Assembly: GCA_964016885.1 (NCBI GenBank)
Contig: OZ024746.1
Coordinates: 49,414,001-49,478,000 of the forward strand
Direction: 5' to 3'
Length of the DNA stretch: 64,000 bases
DNA from: Eledone cirrhosa
Taxonomy: Eukaryota
How positions within the stretch are numbered: position 1 is the stretch's first letter; the number at the start of each line of letters is the position of its first letter. Both the position numbers and the translations under genes were made by a program. The notes beneath the pieces were generated by a model. That model was given only the letters and a program-made list of their open reading frames with translations, made no database searches and was not told the origin of the DNA. Positions 43,221-56,669 of the stretch are shown one piece after another.

Positions 43221-43242
43221 ACATAGTTTTGATTATTCTGTA

Positions 43243-43325
<83 letters not shown>

Positions 43326-43347
43326 TACAGAATAATCAAAACTATGT
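43221..43347. repeat. Inverted repeat (~26-bp arms) centred on (TA)n
   Basis: ACATAGTTTTGATTATTCTGTAATTT ... AAATTACAGAATAATCAAAACTATGT. Confidence 0.9.
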
Positions 43348-43537
43348 ATAAATATATACACATATAGATAAATATATATATGTACATTTATGTATGTATG
43401 TGTATATATATATATACATATATGTGTCTGTTTCTGTGTATGTAAATGTATATATTATATATGTATATATATGTGTGTGTGTGTGTGTTTGTGGCTGTGT
43501 GTGCGTGTGTGTGCCTATTTATGTATGTATTTGTGTG

Positions 43538-43576
<39 letters not shown>

Positions 43577-44071
43577 TTTAAAATCGGTGATCTTAAAAAT
43601 CAATTCATTTTTGTAATAACAATTATTTTGAAAAAAAAAATAGCTTTGGTTCTAGTTACATAACCACACTAGAAGAACTATCTATTATTATTCAGACACT
43701 ACCGCGCATAGAAGATACTACATATGATACGTGGAAACACGGTTCAGATATCAGAAAATATGACCCAAATCAATAATAAAAAGATGAAATAGCAGCCATT
43801 TTGACTCTAGCAGCGCAGTTAACTTTTGTTATTATTTACTATGTTTGTGGTTACTAATGTTATTTCAAATACCATAATGATTATTGAAGTTATTGTGGTT
43901 ATTATTATTGGCATTGTTCTTGCTAATGCTGTTGTTGTTGATTTTCCTTCTTGTGAATACTTCTTTCCAATTAGACAGCCTTTTAACCGAGTTTTCTTCA
44001 AAAGCATGTATGGATATTCTTTAAAGGTTATTATACACGCATACATATAGACACACATTTACATACACATG

Positions 44072-44104
<33 letters not shown>

Positions 44105-44242
44105 AACTTACAAATCATCATTCAATGCAAAGTTAGAACAATTTAAAAAAAGAACACTTTTACAACATTAAATATGTATAAATATATGTAACTGTAGAGC
44201 ATCGCTTGCCAATATAAACTATGCTTGCGGCATTGATATCTA

Positions 44243-44460
<218 letters not shown>

Positions 44461-44645
44461 AGAACGATTTTTTTTGTATTTATCTATATATTATAGACAG
44501 ATATCGATGCTGCCATTACACATACACATTTACGTACGTATGCATGTATAATGTATTATTACATTTATCTATGTTGTTTCGTTACATTGAAGTTTTTATG
44601 TAAATATGCTTACATACTTATTGGTGTATTTTGTCTTTATGTCTG

Positions 44646-44795
44646 TAAATACCTCGATATACGTGTGTATATGTGTTTGTGTGTTTGTATGTCTTTAAAT
44701 ACCTAGATATACGTGTGTATATGTGTTTGTGTGTTTGTATGTTTTTAAATACCTCGATATACGTGTGTATATATATGTTTGTGTGTTTGTATGTT
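44646..44795. repeat. 50-bp minisatellite x3
   Basis: TAAATACCTCGATATACGTGTGTATATGTGTTTG... at 44646, 44696 and 44746. Confidence 0.85.
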
Positions 44796-45019
44796 TTTTG
44801 TTCGTTTGTTTTCTTGTCTGTTCTTTACTTAACATAGACATATTCATTTGACAATATAAACTTACTTTATTTATTTCTGCTCCCTAAAATAAACTGACTG
44901 GCATATTTATTGTTCTGCAACTCTCTTCAATTCCCCCTATAATTTTCTTCATTGCCTTTCGTCTTATAGACTCTAGAATATTCATGTCAGACTGATTGAA
45001 ATACATTAACAAACACTAA

Positions 45020-45400
45020 AAAATACCAACAACAACACCAACACACCAGAACAAAGACAACACTAACACCAACACACCAGAACAACAACAACAACACACC
45101 AGAACAAAAGCAACACCAACACACCAGAACAACAACAACAACACACCCGGACAACAACAGCAACAAAAACAACACACCAGAACAACAATAACAACACCAA
45201 CACGCCAGAACAACAACACCAACACCAACACACCAGAACAACAACAACAACACACCAGGACAACAACAGCAACAAAAACAACACACCAGAACAACAATAA
45301 CAAAACCAACATGCCAGAACAACAACACCAACACCAACACACCAGAACAACAACAACACACCAGGACAACAACAGCAACAAAAACAACAAACAGAAAATA
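45020..45400. repeat. CAA/CAC-rich minisatellite with ~108-bp super-period
   Basis: ACACCAGAACAACAAC subunits; GGACAACAACAGCAACAAAAAC recurs at ~45149, ~45258 and ~45365. Confidence 0.8.
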
Positions 45401-45569
45401 ACGACGTAGATTTTGTTTCCCTCGTTTGAAGGAGTTAGCATGGTCATTGGTCAAATAAGTTTGATAATTATAGGCATTTGCTTACGGTCCAAGTCTGTTG
45501 TGCTGTCAATCCATTTCATGAGTCGGCCATAATTTTTCTTGGCTGTCTTTATACTCATGTACGATTGAC

Positions 45570-45703
45570 AGTGATAATGGTTGATGGTGGTAGTGGTAGT
45601 GGTGATGTTGCTGTTGTTGTTCCTCTTGTTGTTGTTATTGATGTTGTTGTTGTTTTTGGAAGTAGTGGTGGTGGTGATGGTGATGCTGCTGCTGCTGCTG
45701 TTG

Positions 45704-45735
<32 letters not shown>

Positions 45736-46200
45736 GGTGGTGGTGGTCGTCGTCGTCGTCGTCATGGCAGCGGCGACGGTGGTGGTGGTGGTGGTGGTGG
45801 TGGTGGTGGTAGTATTGATGATGATGCTTTTGCTGATGCTCTGCTGCTGCTGCTGGCGGTGGTAGTACTGCTGTTATGTAGTGGGGATAAGTTATGTTAT
45901 GGGGCGGTAGGTTGTGGTTGTAGCAGCCATTGTTTAGTTGCTTGTAACTGCAGTAACAATGAGAATTAGTTATGGTGGCTGGCAGTAATTGTTGGGATGG
46001 GAATAGTTGTAATTTTGGTTGTGGTTATTGTAGTAATGGTGATACACTGTGGTGGAAATTGTGAAACATTAGTGATGGGGGTGTTAGCTGTGGTTATAGT
46101 GTTGGTGGTGGTCATGATTGTGGGAATATCAACCAATATTGTGATTGTGATGTTGGTACAGGTGTTAGTTGTTGAGGTGGTCATAGCGATGGTGATTGTA
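45570..46200. repeat. Trinucleotide low-complexity tract (GGT/GTT/GCT/GAT)
   Basis: Read directly; produces homopolymeric pseudo-ORFs in several frames. Confidence 0.85.
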
Positions 46201-47076
46201 TTAATGATAAATGGTTCAAGCTTGTCCCCTCGAAATATTTTGAGGCTGCCCTTATAGACTAACATTCAATATTTAATACCAATTTATATAATAAAGTTCC
46301 TTCTAAAACTATTTCAAAAATGCGAATATTTATATATATATCAATATACAGTATAAATAACTGTGATAAAGTTTTTAAAAATACGAAAAAGCCAAATGAC
46401 ATCATACCCTGAAAGTGATAAGAAACCCCCGACTTATTTTGATCAGAACAACACACAACTCTAATTGTGCAATTGAATCTTGCACCCAAAAGCACTAGTA
46501 GGTATTAACCGTTTTGGACGGGTATAAATACCAACCAACGTCTTCCGAGAATGCTCGTTTTATTGTTTGCTGAGATTCGATTGTAGTCTTCACTATTTAA
46601 ATGTCCATGCTATATGTTTCGTTATTCTCCTTGTCCTCATAATCGTTCTTCAAAATTCATAGTTTTCCTCTCAGTGAAATATAGTTTGAAAGCAGAAATA
46701 AACTATCCTGCCATCGCAGTCAATGGGGGTGTTCTGTTCTTCATAGCTTTTATGTTCGAGCTCTTAATTTTTCTTCTATTTTCTTTATTAAAAATGTCCA
46801 CTCCACATCTCACTACTATCGTCTGTATTCTTCGATTGAGGATGAGGCAAGTTTTCTATGGTCTTTTCGTTTTCTCTCTAAGAAATCGTTCAAATGATCT
46901 TTATTGTCACATGTGTAGCAGCTCGACAATCTACTCTGCACCGCAGGTTTCGTGTATTTTCCTTCCACACGAGTAACAGTACAATGAAACGACGGACAAT
47001 GTATGATAAAATCATTCCAGTGAAGACCATCCCATGTTTTTAGAAGTAATAGGACTACATTATGTGATATATCAAT

Positions 47077-47262
47077 AGGGCGGTGGATTGGCAGTATTGG
47101 TAGAGGGTCGGACGCCATGCTTTCCAGCATAGTTACGTCCCTTTACGATCTGAGTTCAAATCCCGCCGAGGTTGACTTTGCCTTTCATCTTTACGGGGTA
47201 GATAAAATAAAGTACCAGTAATGCACTGGGTAATTGCTGGCCTTGTGCCTAAAGTAGAAACA
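47077..47262 (+). mobile_element. tRNA-SINE, same subfamily as 38728
   Basis: Near-identical to 38728-38917. 18-bp TSD ATTATGTGATATATCAAT (47059-47076 / 47263-47280). Confidence 0.92.
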
Positions 47263-47381
47263 ATTATGTGATATATCAATTCCTTTTTTTTTTAAAGGAG
47301 ATTTGGTTGCTATTGCTTGCAGATTTGGTAACTGATTAAAGACTTATTTGCTGGTTTATTGTAACAATATTTCTTTTTACC

Positions 47382-47580
47382 TCGTTAGTGTGTCGGATGA
47401 AATGCATTGCAGTATTTCGTTACGACCCTCCATGTTCTGGTTTCAAATACCGCCGGGGTCAACTTTCCCTTTCATCTTTCCGGGTTTCATAGAATAAAGT
47501 ACCAGTAACGCACTAGACTCGATTTAACTGACTTCTATTTTCCTTCAAATTGCTGGCCTTATGTCAAAAGTAGAAGCAGT
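47382..47580 (+). mobile_element. Older, longer-subfamily SINE copy (diverged)
   Basis: Degenerate B-box, central domain and AATTGCTGGCCTT...AAAGTAGAA tail, with an extra segment of about 30 bp. Confidence 0.75.
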
Positions 47581-48200
47581 CATTAATATTACTACAAAAA
47601 TAAATGAATCGTTTTGCGTGGCATTCCAATGTGAGTTGTTTCATACGTTTCATAACACTTTCTTTTAAAATTGTTATAACTATTTTTATCTGTCAAACAA
47701 GAACTCAAATATATTTCCTTTATCTTTCAACTAACAAATCAAATTCCTCTTATCGTTTCAAGAACAAATAGAATTATTTATAAATCAAAGCGAGAGGTTA
47801 AGTAAAATATTCGCCAGCAACGCTTTATATTTCTTTAGCAGTGCAGCTTATATATATATTGTTTTTTGTTCCTATTTCTGTTTTTGTTTAGTTGCAGAGA
47901 TCATACGTTTTTCTTAGGTTGTTTATCTCGTTAAAAGACCCTCGTTAGAATCCATTAAAGTTCAGTTCGTTCATGTTGATGAAATGACACCTAAGCTTCA
48001 TCTTAAGATGCTAATTATCAGCTATGACAGATTTATTGTGTGTTGTGATTTTAATTTTATATAAATCATTGTGTAAAACTTAAGATGTTATTTATGATAA
48101 ACTTAAATTAAAATATCGCGTGACAGAACAGTCTGAAGGAATCGAACTGGGCATCTGATGTTGATGGCTGGTATGTAAGTTGCCTTACATAAATATATAT

Positions 48201-48338
48201 GAAAAACCACAAACCCTCCACCTCAATTCTATTTTTGAAAAGCACAAGAACTGCGAAACCGGTAAAAGAACCAAATAAAGATTTAAAAAAGAAAAAAGAC
48301 TCCAGCTGCATTTTCGATTTCATCTTTTTTCCTTATAC
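48201..48338 (+). mobile_element. PLE pseudo-LTR fragment homologous to 57293-57435 (opposite strand)
   Basis: Reverse-complement similarity; track ORFs 48108-48323 and 57070-57345 share MKSKMQL. Confidence 0.75.
48232..48267 (+). ncRNA. Type I hammerhead-like motif, U3-A8 core variant
   Basis: TTT-TTGAAAA-GCA/CAAGAAC/TGC-GAAAC-CG-GTA-AAA; weak stem I. Confidence 0.6.
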
Positions 48339-48389
48339 TTTCACTCGTGTAGGACACCCCGTTTTTTTCATTTTGTAAGAAAACCTCAC

Positions 48390-48439
<50 letters not shown>

Positions 48440-48621
48440 TGAGAGAGAGAGAGAACAAATGATGCTCTGAAATATATGGATTTTAGCCTCCATAAAACAT
48501 AATTGAGCTGATTATTTTAGTATAATATGATTGATATACAGTATGTTTACGAATAAACATTTGGAAAGCTTTCTATCTATGAATATTGAATAGCTGGCGG
48601 CTATACATACATACATATATT

Positions 48622-48691
<70 letters not shown>

Positions 48692-48709
48692 TAAGTATTT
48701 CATTCTTTT

Positions 48710-48772
<63 letters not shown>

Positions 48773-49588
48773 TGAGAGTTGGAGTTATTTCATGCATTGA
48801 ATCAATGAATGAAAATTAGACACATTCGGATGCTAAAGCAATGTGATTTTAATAAAAAAATTCTTTATTATTTATTTATCTTTTAAATTTTTGCCTTGAA
48901 ATGTTCATTTTCAAAACTTACAGTGGAATAATAAAAAAAGAGAGGATGATGATTCTCATTAATGCAACACAAACCCTTAAGTTTTCTGTCGAGGCACGTG
49001 TCCAAATCGAGATGTTGAAATTACAATAGTTTGTAGATATTTTCTGCCAATCAGTTACTGTAGTGGACTTCGGTTACAGCTTCTTGCAGTATTAGTGAAT
49101 CGAAACGAAAACACCACATATTTTTCAGCTCTGTCACAAAAATAGAAAGCGTTCGCAAAAGATTAACGACAAATTTCCGTTTCATTTTATTGTACTGAGA
49201 GTTGTTATATGTAATGAGTTTAATATATGAATCTATACTGACTCAAGTCCATCCGGTTTGTTTCAAATGGTATTAAAGTAGAGTTTAGAGGTTATTTAGA
49301 AACATTGTGAAAAAGAAATTGAACAAATTTTGAAACCATCACAATGGCACACAGACACACAGACACACACATATACACATACACACATACATACATACAT
49401 GCACACACACACACATTATATATATATGTGTGTGTGTATGCGCGTGTACGTGTTAGTGTGTGTGTATATGTAGATATATATAGATATATGTAAATATATT
49501 AGTGTATATATACATGTATATTCATATATACACACACACATATACATATATGTGTATAATGTGTGCGCACGCATGTGTGCAGGAATAT

Positions 49589-49622
<34 letters not shown>

Positions 49623-49625
<3 letters not shown>

Positions 49626-50002
49626 AATTAATAAAAACAATGAATAAAAACAAAGAACAAGTTCCTTATATTAAAAAATTCATCATTTTACGATCGTGTC
49701 TAGGATATATATGTGTGTTGGTATGTATATTATATAGAGCTATGTAAAAATTTTACAAACTATCAGAGGAAATATACATACCTTCACATATATATGATGT
49801 CTTCAGAAATAATTATTTCTGAAGACATCATATATATGTGAAGGTATGTATATTTCCTCTGATAGTTTGTAAAATTTTTACATAGCTCTATATAATATAC
49901 ATACCAACACACATATATATCCTAGACACGATCGTAAAATGATGAATTTTTTATTATAAGGAACTTGTTCTTTGTTTTAATTCATTGTTTTTATTAATTT
50001 AT
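49623..50002. repeat. 380-bp spacer-less palindrome
   Basis: Centre GAAATAA|TTATTTC at 49812/49813; 190-bp arms; 2 mismatches seen. Confidence 0.95.
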
Positions 50003-50128
50003 CTTGACTCTGTTTTCCTGTGATTTTCATCGAAAGTTTTTGAATGCATCTTCTCTTTTCATGATATTTGGATTACATTGAGTTCTTCATACGGATTGGA
50101 CACTACCGCATATTTTGGCAGATTTATC

Positions 50129-50176
<48 letters not shown>

Positions 50177-50479
50177 GAAACTTGTTTTATAGATGTGGTT
50201 TGGTCACAAAAGTATTTCTGTAAAGTTAATTGCTCCACTTTCTTAGTGTTGTATCCATTATAATATGGACAGCCTACTTAATTCTAGTTGAAAACACGAA
50301 AATATATAAGAAAAAATATCTTAACGAACCCCAGTGTGTGCTTTTCTAAAAATTGAACAATATGAGTCATGAGGATATCCAAACAACAGCCTCGTGTTAG
50401 TCATTAAGCATTACTTTCTGATCTGTTACAATCGGATAAGATCCAAGTAACTATCTTTACCCGGTGTCACAAAACACTA

Positions 50480-50827
50480 ATGGAGACCATTACGAACGAC
50501 CCTTCGGTTTTCACCGAAGGGAAAACTTTCGCCCACTCTATAAAAAATAGCAAAAAAATGAACCTAAAACTGATTAGGGTCCCTATACAAACTTATAGGT
50601 CCCTAAAAGAAACATTTGAGAAGGATGTGGGGAATTCCTGCGTGAAACCACTCAACCGCGTCCTTCTCAAATGCCTCCCCACCCCAGACACCCCCATCCC
50701 ACCAGACCCCACCCCACCAAACATCTGCGTCCCCACCCCGCCGGAAACCACCACCCATCCAGACAACCCCTCCAACACCCCCATGGAAATCGTGCGGCCT
50801 GGTCCCCAGGAGGCGAAGGGTGAGTGA
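50480..50827 (+). CDS. Short Pro-rich ORF1 (115 aa), truncated or internally deleted
   Basis: Lies inside the TSD boundary; stop codon 33 nt before the ORF2 ATG; no RRM or CCHC knuckle visible. Confidence 0.55.
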   Translation: METITNDPSVFTEGKTFAHSIKNSKKMNLKLIRVPIQTYRSLKETFEKDVGNSCVKPLNRVLLKCLPTPDTPIPPDPTPPNICVPTPPETTTHPDNPSNTPMEIVRPGPQEAKGE

Positions 50828-50860
50828 TCTCTTTTCCTCTTTTAACTTTTCAGCACCAAC

Positions 50861-53800
50861 ATGGCCAATATAAGAGTTGGATGTGTGAACGTACGCGGCC
50901 TGGGGATGCCCTGGAAACAGGGCAAACTCTTAAACGACCTCAGGTCGCACAGTATGGATGTGGTAGCCATTTGCGAGTCCAGGATCCACGGCGAGCGACA
51001 GCTGGCCCCCATCTTCGATGACTTTGAGATCTACGCATCTCTCTGTCAACCGGGGGGTGGGGGCGGAGTTGCCGTTTTGCTGCGGAAACACCTGGGCCTC
51101 GTAACACAGACGGTACATCTGGACCCGGAGGGTCGACTGGTGGTCCTAGACGTTGACGGTAGTGAAGGTGGAGCGTTCAGGCTGGTGGCCGCATATGCCC
51201 CATCCGGGACACCGCGGCCAGACTTCTTCAAACGTCTAGAGACTTTTCTGGGAACGTCCCGCTCCTTGCTTTTAGTGGGGGACTGGAATGGAATCCTAGA
51301 TGCACGTTGGGACTATGTGGGAGCATGTCCCGATAAAGGGGGGTGTAACAGCCTCAAACAGTTAATCGACCGATTTGACCTGGCCGATAGATATCGACTA
51401 GATTTTCCGACTGCGCCACTGTGGACGTGGAGTAATCGTAGCGGAACATCTAGATCGTACCTAGATAGGGTTCTAGTTAGAAATAAGGATAGGGACATGT
51501 TAAGCTGTCCACAAATGTTCATGGTTGCCTATTCAGATCACAAACTAGTGACCTGCATGGCCAACCTTGATAGAACCCATAGACAAGGACCAGGCTACTG
51601 GAAGCTGAACTTGTCGTTACCGACAAGCAAAGCCTACAGTAGACGGATTAGCACTTTAGTTAAACAGCACTTGACAGGGGCCATTGTCAACAACAGATGG
51701 TGGTACTCTCTCAAGAGGGCAGTTAGATTAGACTCGATAGTTTTTAGTAAAGAATTAGCGTTAGATAGAAATAGAACCGAGAAGGAACTGGTAGATAAAG
51801 TAGAAGAGGCAATTAGAAGTGGCAACGTAGCCAGCGTGCTAGCAACGAGAACGGCCTTGGACCAGTTCTTCGACGCAAAGCACGAGGGCTGCGTTGTCAG
51901 AAGCAAAATACGTGCTCTGGGAAACGAGGGAGCCAAAGCTGTTAGCTGGGCCCGAGTGACGGAGGCAAAAAGTGGCAACAAGTCCACGATTCGGTCTTTG
52001 AAGGACCAAAACGGACGCGTGATACGTGAGCCGAAGCAGATGTGTGCGGCTTTTCAGCGGCACTTTGCTCGGCTGTTCGGGGGGAGCGGCGCGCCGGGAG
52101 AGGCTATGGATTTCGGTCCATACCTCGACGGCCTACCGCGACTCTCGGACAGCGAGGCGAAGTTCTGCGAAAAGCCGATTTCAGCCACTGAGATAGGGGA
52201 CGCGCTGAGCCAATGCGGCAAACGCAAATCTCCAGGTCTCGACGGTCTACCCTACGAATTTTACGTAGCAATGCCGGACTTATTCTCCGGTCTCCTGGAA
52301 GCGGTCTACTGCAACTGGCAACAGAACGGGAGAATTCCCAGTTCTGTAACCGGGGGCGTGGTCACACTAATCAGGAAGGACGAGAATAAGGGGGATGACA
52401 TAGGCAACTTCCGGCCCATAACTCTGCTAAACACAGAGTTACAGATTTTGGCCAAGGTGTTGGCAAAGAGGCTGGCGCTTGTCGTCGAGAACCTGGTGGG
52501 AGAAGCGCAGACATGCGCGATCCCGACCAGGTCCATACACGACAACCTCCACCTCATGCGATACATCATAGAGAGGGTAGGGTGTAAACCCGGCTTCGGT
52601 GGGGCCCTGATCAACTTGGATCAGTCTAAGGCTTTCGATAGGGTTGACCATCGTTACCTGGATGCGGTGCTCGAGGCGGCAGGCTTCGGACCCGTGTTCA
52701 GGGGCTGGATTGCTGCAATGCACAACAGCAACATCTGCTCAAGGGTCAAGGTGAACGGTTACCTCTCGGAGCCGTTCCATATTACGCGATCCATTCGACA
52801 GGGATGCCCTCTCTCCTCCCTTCTGTACGTACTGACTCTCGAGCCACTACTGCGGAAGCTGGAGCTATTGCAGGGCATCCCTCTGGAACCGGGACTGCGG
52901 AAAGCGGCGTCGGCCTACGCCGACGACGTGACAGTAATGGTGTCGAGCGCCTCGCAAATCGAGAAAGTCGGCACCTTACTAAAGGAATACGAAAGTCTCA
53001 CAGGAGCGAAGCTGAACCGGGACAAGTCCATCGGTTTGCAACTCGGATCGTGGAGAGGCAGACCGATGCCTTCCGATGGCGTCGTCGGACGCTGGACGGA
53101 AGGACCGGTAAAGCTGCTCGGGGTCTGGTTTGGTCCGGACCTCCAGGTGGAGAAGAACTGGAACGAAGTGACGGCCAAGGTGTTTGCACTCACCCAGAAG
53201 TGGGCCGAGTGCAAACTATCCTTGAAAGGTCGAGCGGAGGTGGCGAACACTTTTATAGCGTCCGCCATCTACTACCGCTTGACCGTCGTGCCTTGTCCAG
53301 CCAAAACGCTCGCCAAAATGGAGCGCGCCCTCTTCCGATTCCTTTGGAAGAGGCGGGCTCCTTTGGTAAGAAGATCCATCTGCTGCCAACACCCTTCTAA
53401 CGGAGGGCTGGGGATGCCGTGGTTGACGATGCGCAAACACGCGCTCAGGCTGCGGCATCTCTACGTATTCCTCACCGGACAACCGGTGTGGGCCCCGTTC
53501 GTGAGGCGAGCCTTCCCACGACTCGTCTCACTGACCGAGCTGCAGTTCTGGGTCAAGCAGAGACCGAGGAAAATGGGCGACTGGCACATCGAATGTGCTC
53601 AGGCGCTCACAGCCCTCTGGCAGGCGGACCCGGCGATCAGTGGAGACTCCACTTCGTCATTCTATAGAGGGTTGGTCCGCAGCAAGTGCGACGACGCGCT
53701 CGGTGAAACTCTAGGCGTGGAGGAAGATGAACTGGCCAGTCTGTTCGGTAGGACCTTCCGCCCGGGACCGATGGACAACTTCCAAAAGTCCCTGGCCTGG

Positions 53801-54298
53801 CAGTGCTACCGAGGAGCTCTACCAGTTCGAGACAAGCTCTACAGACATGGGCGCCCGGGCAGGGACCCTGCAAAAAAGATCTGTCCGAGGTGCGTGCGAG
53901 ACGAAGAAACCGTCGCGCACGCATTCATACACTGCCCGGGCGTCACTGACCTGTGGGGCTATGTAGAACGACTATTGTCGCGGGTGGGACCAATCCAGTT
54001 GACCACCGAGTCCATTGTCATGATCAAACCGCCACCCTCCTTCAAAAACGAAGGAGAGGCGGTTTTCCTTTGTGTGATAGCTATGGCGAAAGAGGTTGTA
54101 TGGTGGACAAGGTTGAAAGGGCTGAGGTCAGACACCTTTCTCTCCGGCCAACAACTGATTCTTTTTTTCAAATACCACTTTGGAAGAAGAATCAGGATGG
54201 AGAGAGAGGTGCTGTACCCCAGCAAGTTTTATGAAAGGTGGGTGAAAGTGGCGAGAATGGCCCGAGTGAATGGGCCTTCTCTCTATATCAGCCTGTAG
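50861..54298 (+). CDS. LINE ORF2: APE endonuclease + reverse transcriptase + C-terminal Zn knuckle (1145 aa)
   Basis: NVRGL, GDWN, YLDRVL and SDH (APE); KSPGLDG, FRPITLLN, KAFDRVDH, RQGCPLS and YADD (RT); CPRC...HAFIHC. Uninterrupted frame. Confidence 0.97.
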   Translation: MANIRVGCVNVRGLGMPWKQGKLLNDLRSHSMDVVAICESRIHGERQLAPIFDDFEIYASLCQPGGGGGVAVLLRKHLGLVTQTVHLDPEGRLVVLDVDGSEGGAFRLVAAYAPSGTPRPDFFKRLETFLGTSRSLLLVGDWNGILDARWDYVGACPDKGGCNSLKQLIDRFDLADRYRLDFPTAPLWTWSNRSGTSRSYLDRVLVRNKDRDMLSCPQMFMVAYSDHKLVTCMANLDRTHRQGPGYWKLNLSLPTSKAYSRRISTLVKQHLTGAIVNNRWWYSLKRAVRLDSIVFSKELALDRNRTEKELVDKVEEAIRSGNVASVLATRTALDQFFDAKHEGCVVRSKIRALGNEGAKAVSWARVTEAKSGNKSTIRSLKDQNGRVIREPKQMCAAFQRHFARLFGGSGAPGEAMDFGPYLDGLPRLSDSEAKFCEKPISATEIGDALSQCGKRKSPGLDGLPYEFYVAMPDLFSGLLEAVYCNWQQNGRIPSSVTGGVVTLIRKDENKGDDIGNFRPITLLNTELQILAKVLAKRLALVVENLVGEAQTCAIPTRSIHDNLHLMRYIIERVGCKPGFGGALINLDQSKAFDRVDHRYLDAVLEAAGFGPVFRGWIAAMHNSNICSRVKVNGYLSEPFHITRSIRQGCPLSSLLYVLTLEPLLRKLELLQGIPLEPGLRKAASAYADDVTVMVSSASQIEKVGTLLKEYESLTGAKLNRDKSIGLQLGSWRGRPMPSDGVVGRWTEGPVKLLGVWFGPDLQVEKNWNEVTAKVFALTQKWAECKLSLKGRAEVANTFIASAIYYRLTVVPCPAKTLAKMERALFRFLWKRRAPLVRRSICCQHPSNGGLGMPWLTMRKHALRLRHLYVFLTGQPVWAPFVRRAFPRLVSLTELQFWVKQRPRKMGDWHIECAQALTALWQADPAISGDSTSSFYRGLVRSKCDDALGETLGVEEDELASLFGRTFRPGPMDNFQKSLAWQCYRGALPVRDKLYRHGRPGRDPAKKICPRCVRDEETVAHAFIHCPGVTDLWGYVERLLSRVGPIQLTTESIVMIKPPPSFKNEGEAVFLCVIAMAKEVVWWTRLKGLRSDTFLSGQQLILFFKYHFGRRIRMEREVLYPSKFYERWVKVARMARVNGPSLYISL

Positions 54299-54644
54299 GT
54301 TGAGGAAAAGGAGGAGGAGAGGAAAGGAGTACAAGCTCTTCGTACTCCTGGAGATGAGGGTTGCACATTTTTTTCGGGGGTCTGTGTTACCCATATAAAC
54401 TGTCTCCCTCTATTGGCGAAAATCGACTAACTTTTAAATTCCATCTGTGATAACATTTTACACGTTTTTATTGTATGTAAACTTCCCCCTTTGTATTTGT
54501 CCCCTTCTTTTGTGCCCCTGTGGCTAATAAAGAAATATATCTTTACCCGGTGTCTTATTTTGTCAGCTGAATAACGTAACTTCTGTTAAGACACCACTAC
54601 ATGAATTAATTTGCTGGCCAACAAATCACAGGATAACAATACAT

Positions 54645-54750
54645 ACATAGGATTACCGCGATAGGAAATTAGATACATTCCAAAGAAAAGTCCGCGATGT
54701 ATTGGGACCGTGAATAGTGAAGCACAATATAACGGGGGATTACGGTATAT
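54645..54750 (-). mobile_element. Possible Tigger/pogo-like MITE end
   Basis: Reverse complement TA-CCGTAATCCCCCGTTATATTGTGCTTCACTATTCACGG...CATCGCGGACTTTT resembles Tigger-type termini (from memory). Partner end not found. Confidence 0.35.
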
Positions 54751-55078
54751 AAATATATTGTAATAGAGTTTAAAAGGGGGACAAAGGTTATGAGAAAACA
54801 GTAAAAACCGACAGAATGAATAATATGAAAAATTGTGACATTTAGTGGATTTAAATTTTGTCAAATATTATCGGTTTCGATTTATATATCGATCTTATTT
54901 AATATTTAAAAGGTTCTGTGAGTAGTTCCTTGGGCCATACACTCCTACTGAAGTATTATAGCTTTATTACAAGAAAACGTTCTTAGTATTACAGGAAAAA
55001 GTTCAAAGCCATCTGCTCTTTATTCTTTATCTTTTCCATAATTCATAAAATACATAATATAAAATCATAACAAGTTAA

Positions 55079-56333
<1,255 letters not shown>

Positions 56334-56669
56334 ATCTTGACATGATTACTGCTACGTATTTTACGAATTATGGAGAAGAAAATTCATCAAAAGACAGCGG
56401 TCGTTAACCTATTGGACGTCATGGACCACTAAGTTCATAATTTTAAATCCCACATACCACTAATATGAACTGATGGTCAATGGTCGAAACAATACTGAAG
56501 TGTAGATGTGTCGTATTGTCGATAGATGATACATATGTCTAAAATTTGTTCATGGATGTTAGTTCTTTACCAAGGAGAAACATTTTGGGGGGGGGGGGGG
56601 TATAAAATATATTTTAACCGAATATTATTTTTGTTTTATTATTAATAAAACATAAAAATTGCAAGTGAT

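Larger units (their letters stand above)
50469..54537 (+). mobile_element. Non-LTR retrotransposon, Tx1/L1 clade
   Basis: 17-bp TSD TATCTTTACCCGGTGTC (50452-50468 / 54538-54554); ORF1 plus ORF2; 3' end AATAAAGAAATA. Confidence 0.93.

Noticed and set aside
46500-47050. ORFs 46614-46976 and 46816-47130 as a gene or LINE fragment
   Set aside because: No convincing domain motifs; one runs into a SINE.
49815-50050. CTGAAGA-initiated hammerhead in the palindrome arm
   Set aside because: No GAAA correctly juxtaposed to a stem II; at best heavily decayed.
50930-54394. Short alternative-frame and antisense ORFs inside LINE ORF2
   Set aside because: Expected by-products of a GC-rich coding sequence.
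56465-56500. CTGATGGTCAATGGTCGAAAC hammerhead-like string
   Set aside because: Core A9 is missing, and stems I and II do not pair.
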